From Podospora anserina (lineage: Eukaryota), in contig JAFMPO010000001.1 of NCBI GenBank assembly GCA_017654855.1, positions 620,001 through 684,000 on the forward strand: DNA of 64,000 nt, given 5' to 3'. Below the pieces are notes generated by a model that was not told where the DNA came from, searched no databases, and was given only the letters and a program-made list of their open reading frames with translations. Numbering within the stretch: the stretch's first letter is position 1; each line of letters starts with the position of its first letter. Below are positions 12,209-24,882 of this stretch, piece by piece. The position numbers were made by a program, and so were the translations under genes.

Positions 12209-15200
12209 ATGTCGTCGTCAGGTGGCAGGCAAGGTCCATTGGCCCCAGCACCAGCAGACAAACCAGACGCGCAAGATTTACAATCCATCCCACTCCAACC
12301 TCTAGTGCCGGGTTCCGCTGCTGAGAGAGAAGGCAAAGGCCCCACGCCGTCGCCGGCCTCTCAGTTTTCCATCCACAGCCCCTCCATCCGCAACCACGCC
12401 AGGGAATCAGATCAAAGCCAGGTCACTCTCCTCCCTGCAGATTCCCATGGCAGCAGATCCAGATTTACGACGAATACGCCTACCGCTGCTGACGAGAGCG
12501 ACAGCGACAGCGACAGCGACACCTACAGCGAGCCTGTCTCAGCATCTGGTTTTGGATACGACGATTTTGACGAAAACGAATTTCACGAACTTGAAGACTT
12601 CAGCCAACAACCGGCACCCATGACGCAGGACATGCCCCCGCTCCGCTCGACGGCGGGCTTTCAGAGCCCCTCGTACGGCTCCATTACACCAAGAGGATCC
12701 AATGAGTCTATACCCGATCCTGAAGTCGAGGGCAGCGCTGCGCACCAAAGACAAGAGTCTTCTGGATATGGTAGCAGACGATCAACACGCGATTTTGGGT
12801 CGCGGCGACGGCGCACCAGCTCCCAAGCTAGGTCGCTGTCGGTGACTATGAGAAAGTCGTCGCGCCAGTCGCTGGGAAGCTCGACTACTGTTGGAGGACT
12901 GGAAGGCCGATTTGGAACCACCGAGACGTCGCTGTTGAACGATTTGACGGAGAATCATACGGCAACGGCGGATGAGATGGACGATGACGATTCGAGATCC
13001 TATATTTTCGAGTCGGAGATTGACGAGGGTGATGAGAACGACCCCCCAGACAACTCTCCCTATGCCCAAGTCAGGGCCTCTGTTGCGCCGACCGACAACA
13101 CAAGTCTTTCCATCAACACACCACGTATGTGGGCTTTGTCCATACTTTTTTCCTTTCTCGGATCTTCTACCAACTTGTTTTTCTCCCTAAGATACCCCAG
13201 TGTTGCCATCACACCCGTCATCGCATTGCTACTTGTACATCCCCTCGGTCTCTTGTGGGACTATCTTTTAAAACGGTCTGACGATCCACCGGATGAGTAC
13301 GTCGATGGCTTTCGAAGCGAGAATGCCTCCATATATTCATCCGAGTATCCGTCACCACACATCATTCCATGGGAGCGAAGAGGCGTATTGGACAAGATTC
13401 GGCTTTGGCTTTCTCAGGGTCGTTGGAACGAAAAGGAGCACAGCTGCGTCTATGTCAGCAGCAACGTATCGTTTGGATTTGCTTTTGCAACAGACGTCAT
13501 CGTTGAGCAAACGCAGTTCTACAAGCAGGAGGCCAGCATCACCTATCAAATCCTCCTCACCCTTTCAACCCAAATTTTGGGCTACACGTTTGCCGGGCTC
13601 ACACGGCGATTTTTGGTCCGACCAAGCGGCATGATTTGGCCCGGGACGCTTATGTCGGCAGCCATGTTTACGACGCTCCATAAGGAGGAGAATAAGGAGG
13701 CCAATGGCTGGCGGATTAGCAGATGGAAGTTCTTTTATGCCGTCTGGTTTGGTGCCTTTGTCTTTTATTTCCTTCCTGGGCTCCTGATGCCAGCCCTCAG
13801 CTACTTCAACGTCATCACGTGGTTTGCCCCCAAGAATGTGGTGGTTGCCAACCTGTTTGGCGTCGTGTCAGGTCTGGGACTGTTTCCCATGACATTTGAT
13901 TGGGCTCAGATTGCCTACATCGGGTCACCTCTGCTTACCCCGTTCTGGGCAGCCATGAATGTGGTCGGCGGCTTGGTGATCGTGATGTGGATCATCGCAC
14001 CAATTGCGTACTACAGCAACTGGCTGTACTCTTCATACATGCCGATTCTGTCAGCAGCCGTGTTTGACAACACCGGTAGCGTTTACGACGTTGGCAGAGT
14101 TCTTACCAAAGACTTTCTGTTCGACAGGGAGGCTTATTCAAATTATAGTAGGGTGTTTCTGCCCATCACCTATGTGCTTAGCTACGGCGTTCAGTTTGCC
14201 GGGCTTGCAGCCCTCATCACACACACGGTCTGCTGGCATGGAAAGGATATCTGGAGACAATGGAAGCGGTCAGTTGAGGAGGCTTCGGCGGAAACCAAAG
14301 GCACCTACGAGCCTGTGGCCGGTGTGCACGAGGACCGACCCCGGAGGGGATCCGGCCGTGGTCGGGTACCAGCAACGGAACCAGCCAGGTCGTCTCTAAG
14401 TATCGACAACCTCATGACTCGAGAGGATGTTCACAACCGCCTGATGAAGAGATACAAAGATGCCCCCATGCTTTGGTACTTGATAACGTTTGTGTCGATG
14501 ACCGCCGTAGGTATCTTTATTGTTGAATAGCAAGTTGCTCTACCCTATACTCTTCACGCCACATCATATCTAACCGATTGCAGCTACCCTATCCACCTTC
14601 CCTGGTACGGCCTCCTCCTTGCCCTGGGCATTTGCAGCGTCCTCTTCATCCCCATTGGGATCATCATGGCTGTCACCAACCAGCACAGCAGTATTTATCT
14701 GATCTGCCAGCTCGTCGCCGGCGCACTCTTTCCCGGCCGTCCGGTAGCCAACATGGTTTTTGTAACCTACGGTTACATCTCCTCGGCCCAGGGCATCAAG
14801 TTTGCTGCTGATCTCAAGCTTGGCCACTACATGAAAATCCCACCCCGGATATTGTTCGCTGTCCAGATGGTTGCCACTATTGTGTCCTCGTTGACTCAAA
14901 TCGGCGTTCTCAACTGGATGTTTGTCAACGTACCTGGGATTTGCACCCCGCAGGCAATCAACGGGTTCACCTGCCCAATCGCACGAGTGCACTTCAACGG
15001 GTCGATTCTCTGGGGCGTGGTAGGGCCGTCGGAATTCTTCGGACCTAACGCCACATATCGGCCATTGGTTTGGGCATTTGCCGTCGGTGGGATTTTGCCT
15101 ATTCCGCTGTGGCTATACGCACGCAAGAGAAAGGACTCCATCGTTCGCAAGATCAATCTTCCGGTCTTGTTCGGATCACTCGGATGGATTCCCCCGGCGA

Positions 15201-15487
15201 CGGGCTTGAACTTCTCGGTTTGGGCTGTGGTGTGCTACGTGTTCAATTACCTCATCAAGAACCGAGCCGGAGCCTGGTGGGCGAAATATACCATGACGAT
15301 GAGCGCCGCTCTGGATTCTGGCCTTGCCTTTGGGATAGTGGTGGTGTTCTTTGGTTTCATCTATCCGGGCTGGATGAAGGGCTTCTCTTGGTGGGGAACA
15401 GAGGTGTACAAGCAGGGCTGTGACTGGCAGGCTTGCAGCTATTTGGAGGTGCCTGATGGAGGCAGGTTCGGGCCTGATAGATGGTGA
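12209..15487 (+). CDS. OPT-family small oligopeptide transporter
   Basis: ATG at 12209, exon to 14529, GC-AG intron 14530-14583, exon 14584-15487. Motifs seen: DNSPYAQVRASV, NEKEH, FDWAQI, SPLLTP, DLKLGHYMKIPPR, WGVVGP and SAALDSG, plus many hydrophobic segments. The N-terminus is long and acidic/Ser-rich. Confidence 0.93.
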
Positions 15488-17067
15488 TTTGTTTTGGGAG
15501 AAGAGGGGGTGAATGATGATGGAAACGTGGTTTATGAGATTATGCATCAGGCTCCCTTGGATCACACGCGAACACACCCTGATATTAGACAGGTAGCATA
15601 GAGATTTGGCGGTTTGCATTGGAAGGGGCGTTTTTGAATTGGATGAACTGGATTAACACACTCTTTACCCATCGTGACAAGGATTGGGCATCTCTGGTCT
15701 GATTTGGCATACTATAGGTACGGCAATCGTATCTCCCATCCTCGTCGAAACCGCAACTTCGATGAAACACCAGTCAACTCATATGCCAAGTTTTACGCTT
15801 CAAAGCTTCTTGAAGGCACGATAGCCTAAGCAAACGCCTTGCAGCCACCTTTTGAACATATGCACAGAGCTGCTGACCGACTAACCATCTAATAATCCGA
15901 CTACACCACTATCGGAGCTTCCCCAGAGGGCATTTCACCCAAACAGGATGAGTTCTCGATCACATCACCACCTCCACTTCACCTTGTCCCGACAGCTTGT
16001 GTTTGAGCCCCACCATAGCACTTCCCCCACTATTAACCACCCCGCAGATAGTCACGGGAAGTCGCGACTTCCTTGCGTTTCCACCGATTCAAACGCGTCT
16101 CTCAATTTACTTTTCCAGCTCTTCCCTCCCTCCAGCAACCAGCTGTGAAGCTTTGGCTCCGCCATTGTTTTTCTTTGAGCTGCCTGGGAGAGACAGCTTA
16201 GCTTGCGATCTTTCGTCTCTTACTTCGTCTTTGTCCATTGGCTGGCGATTCATCATTCCATCCGCGGTGTGTGCCTGCCCTGTCTTTCAGTACGCGACAG
16301 CTTATTGGCCAATCGCACGACGACCGCTTCGCATCTTAACATTGCGTCTCACCCCGCCCTGGGTTCAAAATCATGGCTGGAGTTAAGAACGAGCCTGAGA
16401 ACAACCGCGGTGGCAGCAGGGGGCTATCTCCAGCGACTCATTACCGAGAGTACTCCGGGTGCTGACGATAATGCGTTTATCAAGCCCGAGCCAGAGGTCT
16501 ACTAGGCCATCAGTACCGCACCTTTGCTTTGCTTTTCCAAGGCGGGTTGGCGTGTACAACCTCAAGGGTCAACTTGCAGAAATCTCGGTTTGTGTTGCTA
16601 CCTTTTTTGTTTCATTGCAGATGGGGTTTTCGATGATTGGTCATTTTCTTCTGTGGACTTGAAGCACTATGTTTGAGGTTGCCTTCAGCTTTTTCATCAG
16701 TCAGTCCGACATTTCTACACACTCCGCCACTTTGTTCACATAGCTTCTGTCGCTCATCTTGATAATTGCAATGTAATTTGTTCATGTCCCACTATCTTCC
16801 AATGATTTGATGTGGCCGTCAGGTCATCGGACACCATCTCTCCTTGCTTCTCAGTAGGTTGTGAGAAAAACGAGGGGACACTTGAAGTAAAGGGCTGTCT
16901 GCCATCTTTTGGCGCACCTGCATGGCTTCTGGTTCGTACGCATAGTTCAGTGCTCTGGAGCCAGGCTGGTTAGACCCTAACCCTGATTGATCAGTCTTTT
17001 GAAGCTGCAACCCCAGCATGTTCGGTTCAGAGCGCTCCAACTGAACAACCACGCACATTAGCAATCC

Positions 17068-18096
17068 ATGACCATGGCGCACATGAAGAATCCTCTCGCA
17101 ACACCCGATCAGATATTTCACCGAAGCTCATTGGACTCGCCCCCTACCGAACTTCGAGATGCGATATTTTTCTCGACCCAGTGCCTCACCCAAGCAGCTG
17201 GCATCCTCCTTCAGCTCCCCCAGTCCGTCACCGCGCAAGCCAATGTCCTCTTGGCGCGCTTCTGGCTTATAGAACCAATTATGTCACATGAGTTCAGCGT
17301 ATGCTCGCCATCACCCCTCGCTCCCTTTTTCTGTCTCCCATTCTAACGTTCATATATATGCCTTCAGGACGTATCAGCAGCTACTCTCTACACGGTCGCC
17401 AAAATCGGTCCCTGCCCTTGCACGCCCAGGGATCTATCCAACGTCTATGCCTACCTCCTCTCGAGCTCTTCCACGTTCCTATCTCCTCCTGGCAACAACC
17501 CACCGAAGAACATCCCAGATGACTACTACCAATCCGAAACCTCCTACCAGGCTTTCCACTCGCGGATCCTGTCGCTGGAGCACCTCATCCTGTGTTCGTT
17601 GTCGTTCGACACGACGGTGTCGTTGCCGCATCCTCTCGCGATTACATACCTCCAGTCAATGGACTTTTTGTATGTCCCCAAGGAGAAGATCACAAGGAGG
17701 GTGGTCGAGTATTTGAATACTGCTTTGCTGTCACCACAGTTGCTGTGCCTGACTACTCAACCCAACGGGCTGGCAGTGGCGGCGATTTACAATGCGGCGA
17801 AGGATTTGGGGGCCAAGATGCCGGAGTGTGAGTGGTGGGAGGTATTTGATGTGGATAGAGAGGATCTGGGGTTCTTGGTGGTTGGGATGAGAAGTTTGGA
17901 AGGGTGGGTTGGGGGTATGATGGGGGAGGAAGGGGTGCTGGGGAAAAAGAAAAGGGGGGGGATGATAACGAGAAAGGAGGTGAGAGATATTTTGGGGGGG
18001 GACAGGCCGCCGCAGGAGGAGGAGGAGGATCCAGAAGTTGTGATGGCGAGGAGGATGGATGAGAAGATGAGGGAGATTGAGGGGGATGCCGCGTGA
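17068..18096 (+). CDS. Cyclin-L-like cyclin-box protein
   Basis: Exon 17068-17298, intron 17299-17367 (GTATGC..CTAAC..CAG), exon 17368-18096 in frame with the 17599 ORF. LTQAAGILLQLPQSVTAQANVLLARFW matches cyclin L/T box helices. Also seen: PRDLSNVY, LEHLILCSLSFDTTVSLPH, YLNTALL and WWEVFDV. Confidence 0.8.
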
Positions 18097-20229
18097 GAGG
18101 CTGCGATGGTTTGTTTTTCATGATACCCTGTTTGAGCGAGGCGGAGGTTGATCAAATGATACGTGTCTGGTGGAGGTTGATATCACCTTGTTTCACAAAT
18201 ACGATTGAGTTCCGGGCATGCTTTCGGTTTACGTTTTTGGAGGCCGGCATAGTACCTTACGTGGGTAAGGTGAAGATCATCAACGGATACAGTGGGTCTC
18301 ACGTTGGCATGTGTTCGTTGAACGTCTGGACTGGCCGCTAATATCACTCAAGAAGACAGGGTACATAACTTCAAAAAAAGCTAAATCAACCAGGTATCAT
18401 ACGCCAAAATGTTAGCTGGGTCTACTCTCGTCAGACTTCCAGCTGCGCATCTTCCGGGGCCTCTACATGCCTACCTCACCTGAGGCTAGCATCCACGTAC
18501 GCATTCCAACACTATTTCATCGAAAATCATCATGCTATAGACACCTTCCTTCTTTCTCATATCACACAAGCCCCCATAATTCAATCTTCACGATTAGCTC
18601 GCCCCCCAAGATTCAGCGAGATATATCCCACGACACCGAGCCTCACCATCTCTCAAGCGTTCTGCGCGGGCTTACACGCCATCTGCTCTAGCCCCCAGAC
18701 AAAACCCGCTTCACCAAGCCCCCAAAGAAATCCACAACACCACACCCTATCTGGCATCCCGAAAGGCCAACCATGTGCTGCCCGGTACCGGCCGAGCGGT
18801 CCCCGGCACTCGGCCGCGCCGCTGCCGTCATGTCATCATGTTCAGCCTCCTCCCAGGAGCGCCGCCGAGCAAATCCCTAATCAAAAACAGGCAATCCGAG
18901 CCCATCCCATACAACCTATCACCGTCTCCATCGTTCTTATCCCCGTCTTCTCCAACCCCATCCATTACATCACACAATTCTCACCCACCAACCCACCAAC
19001 CTATTCCGTCTTTTACTTACCCAACTAGCAAAACCAGTCCCCCTTTTCACCGCCATTATTTCAACATCGTCAACATCTTGCTGGTCGTATTCTCTTTTTC
19101 CCCCGTTTTTCGGGAAATCATTTCCCCTCAACCCCCCCCCCCTCTTTTTGCCTCTCCCGACCCCAGAAACCGATGGCGATCCCCGATCCATCCCGCATTT
19201 CTTTTCTTTTCTTATTACCCCAAGCAAAAAAAAAAAATGGTTTCCCCGCTCCCCAGACCCAAACACCCCAGGATCTCAAGCCTAACCCCCCGCATTATCT
19301 CCGTGTTTCTCCGCTTATTTCCAGCTACATGACTTCGCAGAAGAGATCCACATGCCTCGGTGGTCTCCACAACTGCAACCACGAATGTGGAAATCCGGTG
19401 ATGAGCGAGCGGACGGGTGCGTGGGCTGTGGGAACACACAGCAGCAGCATGCAAAGTCTCCATGATAGTTGCATTGTGGGATTCCCACTCCATTGAGCGA
19501 CTTGTGCCAACGGCTGGAGGAAAGTCTGTCAGTCTAGTTTTGCGTGGTCATGAGATCAAGGCCAGCCTCTGCTGGCTACATTCAAAACAGGCTTTTGTAA
19601 AGTATGTTTTGCTTGCATTGGACACACAAATATCTACATGTAATGTCAAACCGCAAAGGTAAACTGGAAGCCAAAAGTTGAATACAACGGCGAGAACCCA
19701 ACCTTTTTGTATGGCACAAATACACATTGTTGAACATCGTCGTAGGAAAAAAGAGGACATTGAACCTATTTTGAAATCCAATAAAAGACAGACACACCTA
19801 AATTCCAAAATACAAACCAGACCGTTTTTGATTCCCGTGTAATGTGGTCGATCGGCTGACATCCCAAAAAAGTTTCGTTCACAAATTCATAAAAAACCCA
19901 CCATATCCACCCACCCACAGAAAGCCCGCCATCGCCACCCGCCGAGAGAAACCGAAGGAAAGCCCAACCTGACCATCAAGAAAAAAACCCAACCAACCAT
20001 CCAAACCCCTCCCCCCCCCTCCCCCTTCCCTTTTGGGGTTTGAGAACAAGCCAGTGTGAAGAACGCCATCCAAAACAAAGACCACCAAAGCCCACCGTGT
20101 ATGTATAGCGAGAATTAGAAAATAAATAGAAGATATATATAAGTGTAGCTCGGCATTTGGGGCGAATGCCAAGAGATAAGGGGGTATATGGGCGAATATT
20201 GGGGAGCGTAAGACAGGGGGGTGTGCCGT

Positions 20230-23125
20230 CTAAAGCGCTAGGCCAGTGCCGTCACCTGTCCACCGGTACAAGGCCAGCAGCTCCCTCCGGCGTTGATGTT
20301 GCTCGCCGAGGTCCTCGGGAACACGGCCCCGAACTTGGGCCAGAGCGCTGCGCATGACCCTGCTGAAGTTGCGCTGGTACTCTGTGTTGAGTGTCACGAC
20401 GCAGGCCTCGTGGGCGCGGATGATTGTCTCGCAGGCCTTGACCACGCTTGGTGACGCCTCCAGCTGCAGCTTATCGGCAATCAGTAGGAGAAGGAACGAG
20501 CCTTGGAGAAGGTAGATGCCGAAGAAGAAAGGCATAAACTCAAGACCGGGGTCAAACTCGAGGATGTTGCTAATGGCCTCGGCGGCTGAGACAGCATGCC
20601 CAGTGGCGGTGATGAAGCCCTGGCTACTGATCCAGAGGTCGTTGTCATCGAGGAGGTTGATAGGATCCCACTTGCCGGTAAGGAGGATGTGTAGTACGTG
20701 CATGACATGAGTTCCGTAGGCCATGACGATGCGAGTTTGAATGTCGCTCTCTGTCATCCGGCTAGAGTTGGTGTGGACGCTGTGAACGCTGTGTACCGAT
20801 GGGGTGCCAATATCAGTAGGCATATCGTTGGCCGTAGGAACACCGGCAGCCTCGGCGGCCTTCTCATCGGCAGCTTGCGCTTGCGCACTGAGGCTCAGGT
20901 TGCGCTGCTCGAATCTCTTCAAGCTCCGCTCATAGATTTCGAGATGCCGAGTGATTTCTGATGTCTGATCGTCCCACTCCCGTGAGGAGCGGAAGCCAAC
21001 ACCAAAGCGGGGGTGATTCCTGGCGTGGTGAAGGTCGACAATCTCGCCGAGAATGGTCATCAGGGGAAGGAAGTAGCCATAGATGCTGTGGCCTGTGCAT
21101 TCGAAGCAGGGCCCTCGGCCGCGAACGCTTTGAGAAGACTCGGGGTCTGAAGCGAGCACATTGGGGTCCGTGTAGGCATGGAAAATGCCGTTTTGATAGT
21201 CGGTGTCGTCCATTGGCTGATACAGACCATCGCACTCAATATCAAGGAGGAACAGGGGGCGATTGTAGCAGAGAGCGAGGTGGCGGTCAACAATGTAGAC
21301 GATCCACCAGATCCGTCGTCTTTCCTCACGCTCCTCTTCCGTGATAACTCCCTGAAGACTCCCAATCTCTCCACGCTCTTCGCCTTCTTCGCTGTCGGTA
21401 GAGCCGCCCTGACGGGTGGATGGAGCGTTTTGAGGCAGCTCGCGACCGAGCTTGAGCTCACGGGCCAATGACCAAGCGGCGTTCCACCACCGAAGACTGG
21501 CGCCCTTGTATTCGCTGGCAGAGACCACTGTGGCCAGGTGGATGTAGGTAACCACATCGTCAAGAGAGCCGGCAGCGCCGAACGCCCCGGACTCGCCTGT
21601 GAGAGCGTCCATGCTGATGGAGCCAGGAAGCGCCACACCGAGACCGCCTAGGGCCACACCATCCACAATGGGGCTCGAGACTGGCGACGCCTCTTCGGAG
21701 GGCGTGTGGATCAAGGGCTTGAGCAGGCTGACGGTGAGCTCAAGAAGCTTCTGGCAAATCTTGCCGCGCGCCGAGGGGACGCTCGTCAAGAAAGGAGCTT
21801 CGCTGGTTTGGGCAGCAACCCAAAGCATGCTTGCTAAGAGAGCTGGTTGGCACTGACGAGGCTTAGTAGGGTGCAGGAACGACCGTTTTCGGAACACGAA
21901 CCCCAGAACGTATGGCGACATGGGGTGCATCTGGGCTGATGATGAGCTCGCAAAGTAGAGATCAATGAGATCGCAGGCCAAGGAGAGCGGAATCATGTTG
22001 CCCAGATGCGGAACCAGCGGCTCCAAAACCGGATACCGGAGCGGCGAGTGGCTATAATTGTTTTGCGGTACGTGCGAGGCAAATTGTGGAGGTGGTGATG
22101 ACATGTTCATCCATCCGGGCGATGTTGGCTCTCCGCCCATAGGATAGGCGCTAAGAGGGCTGTTTCCAAGGCGGAAGCCATTGGGGCCACCTGCTGAGTA
22201 GCCAGTTGGGCTCTGGGTTTGCAGAGCGTACGGAAGGTCAGGGTAGCTCGACATGCCGCTCTGGGCGGAGCCGTACGCAGCATGAGGAGGGCCGTTCATC
22301 ATGTGGCCTCCCATTTGACGCTCGTATGCCGGGTGAACATTGCCATAGCCGTTCAGGTCCAATGCTGATGGGCTGTCCAAATGATCGCGATCCATAGCGC
22401 CAGGGTGGCTCGTCATGTGAGCCTGATGAGCGGCAATCTCGGCCAAGCTGTCCATGCTCCCTGTTCGTTGGCTTCTAATCGCCTCCTCGGCATCGTTTCC
22501 TGGCTTCTCATCCGAGCTTGACTGACGTTCCTGCTTTGTGGTACTTGGGGTATCGCTTCCGTTCTCGGTGGCCTGCCCGTTCTCGCCTCCTTGGCTTGGG
22601 GATTTTTGACCGTTTGAAGAGGCGGCCGCGGCAGCTTGCTGTGCGGCTTGTTGTGCCAGATCCTTTCTGGAAGCTTTTCCTCGCTTTTTGCGTTCCCGGA
22701 TGTATTCGCAGCCAAGGCCAAATTCTATGGTTGTCAGGATCATGTTAGGTATTCACAAACACCAAAAGAAACTCACCAATGCAATGGGCGCAGGGATGCT
22801 GGCCGTCGCACTTTGTCCGAAGCTGGTTGCATTGATCACAAGCTCTGCTAATTCTCCTGCGGATAGGACCCGCCGCCCCTGTAGCCCTTGAGGAAGGACC
22901 ATATGGGTGTTGCCTGTGCTTTTGCTGAGACCCTGCTCTGGCGAGGTGTGGATTGTGAACACCGACGTGTTGTTGAAGCTGCTGGAGGGCGTAGTGCGAT
23001 CCGGGAGCTAAGCCATCGAGTCCACCCGGATGAAGATGGCCTCCCGGAACGTGGCCATTAGACATGAGTGTGTTTGCGGGGATGGCATGGTAAGGAGAAA
23101 ACCGGTGGAGAGGATTGGATAACAT
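20230..23125 (-). CDS. xlnR: Xylanolytic transcriptional activator XlnR/XYR1/XLR-1 (Zn2Cys6)
   Basis: Exon 23125-22777, intron 22776-22725, exon 22724-20230. The zinc cluster reads [36 protein letters not shown]. The fungal TF middle region is present, and the C-terminus is the hallmark [17 protein letters not shown]...[15 protein letters not shown]. Confidence 0.98.
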
Positions 23126-23444
23126 CTTGACGGCTGGCGTTGTTGTCTTCTGAGTAAAGCGTGGTGGCGGTGAGGAGGGTGTTCGGATTAAGAAATAAGG
23201 GGTTGACGATCGTCAAGATCGTGAATTAGAGGATATAAAGACGGACGGCCTCGAGCGAGTGCAGGCAGTTGGTTGAAGCGTAGCCACGTCTGTGATGGGT
23301 AGAGAGGAGAGACGACAAGAAGGAGTCGTCAAGGTCCAGGATGGGGAAGTGGGAGCTTCTATATCTCCCCTTGGCGGATGGAAGCTGATGAGCTGCCGGG
23401 AGTATAACGACCAGCGGCAGTCTGACGGACCGAAGTGAGCTTCC

Positions 23445-23711
23445 CTGTAGGGAATGGTCAGTAACCAGCATGAGCATTGACGGTCTGCAGAAGAGCATAA
23501 CAGAGACCAAAACAGTGGGAGGGGATCAACGCGGTTATGAAAGAAGGCGGCACGGCCATCTGCAAGATGGGTGCAGCGAGGAGGAACCCGCATGGCGGGG
23601 TTGGGGTGTGGGAGACAGGAGCAGACGGCAGGCCAACCGACAGGGCGTGACGGCATGTAAACGGGCCTTGTCGAGAACGTGGAGGGCAGGGAAGATGGAT
23701 CTTCAACGTAC
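23445..23711 (-). other. Predicted 5'-UTR intron of xlnR
   Basis: Minus strand shows donor GTACGT at 23711, branch ACTGAC at 23462-23457 and acceptor CAG ending at 23445. The downstream 23444-23126 stretch is free of ATG. The donor assignment is less certain than the acceptor. Confidence 0.55.
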
Positions 23712-24882
23712 AAGGAGACGGGTCAAGAGGAGGGGGGTGTGAAGACGAGGAACGGCTGGGCCGGTTGTGGTTGCTGGACAAGTCCGGAGCGTGTTTCTCA
23801 AGCTCTGCCCGAACCCCTAGAACCCAAAAGCCGACCTGAGGTACGTCTTCCCGAAGGCCTCAGATGTGTCGTTCGTCTGTCTTCCCGGTGGACCGTCACG
23901 AACGAGATGGCTTTGTCGGCCTCTCAGTCTCTGACGATATGCCGTATAGTGTTGAAGAGGGGCCGGAGCGAGACAGGCGCGCCAAAAGGACAAAAGGATA
24001 TCCAAATCGAGCAAGGTAGCAAGTCGGTAATTTTTCTCGAGCTGTTCCTGCTTCCCCAGGGTACTTTCTGCGAGTCTGTATTGTCTGCTTGGCGTGCATA
24101 CAGAGCAGGAAAGCCGCGGTTGAGCTTGTTGATCAGGCCGGCTACGATTGGTGACCGGGGCGCGAGGTTCTGGTTCAGCACAATATCAAGTATCAACTTT
24201 ATATTGCCCTCGCAATATAAGCGGCGGGACGGGAGGCATATGGGGGTGAGCGAGGTGTGCGGTGGGAGCGCGGGGCGGGTAGCGTCGTGTGGAAGAAAGG
24301 CAACAGCAGCAACTCTGGGGAAACGGGCACCTCAGGGTCTGCTTGAGGATATATGGGCCTCGTCTTCATCTGCCAGCCAGTCTGGAGCAACCCAAGACAA
24401 GGATGGCCCATCAGGGCAGGGGTCCCAGAAGCTGGTCTCGGTGGAGAAAGTCGACGACGCTATCGTCGTAGTGCCAGCATAAAGGTTGCGAAGACGGCAT
24501 GCGGCAGGCACCTGGCACTCCTGACGAGCTGTTTCTTGCCCACAGAAACACTCCGATGAGGGTCGTCCTCGTCTGCCCTGCCCTGGGGTTGCCCTCCTGG
24601 CACTGGGCCGCTCGGCACAGGCGATGGCAGGCGCTGAAGGAGGGTTCGCTCCTCGCAAAACGCCTACAACACTCCACCCTGGATGCTGCGGTTCATCGCT
24701 TCAGGTTGAAGGTGTCGAGCCTCCACTTAGAAAATTGACAAATTGCGCAGACGATGGCACTGGAAGCGGCGGAGAAGCATGTTGCTGGCGCGTGTGGACT
24801 GTGCCATCCCCGCTCATAGTGGCCTTGGCATCGCTTTCGCTCGGCCAGAGTGTCGCCGAGGGACAGTCATCACCTCATTGTG

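Noticed and set aside
15513..15582. ATGATGA...CTGA resembling a box C/D snoRNA
   Set aside because: It lies in the OPT 3' UTR, and I could not recognise an rRNA-complementary guide or a convincing terminal stem.
18700..19340. C/T-rich plus-strand tract with a 185-aa ORF downstream of xlnR
   Set aside because: It is a low-complexity Pro/Ser/Phe translation with homopolymer runs, with no support for coding.
23679..24482. 267-aa plus-strand ORF in the xlnR promoter
   Set aside because: It has a non-ATG start, no domain and no coding bias; likely a chance ORF in GC-rich DNA.
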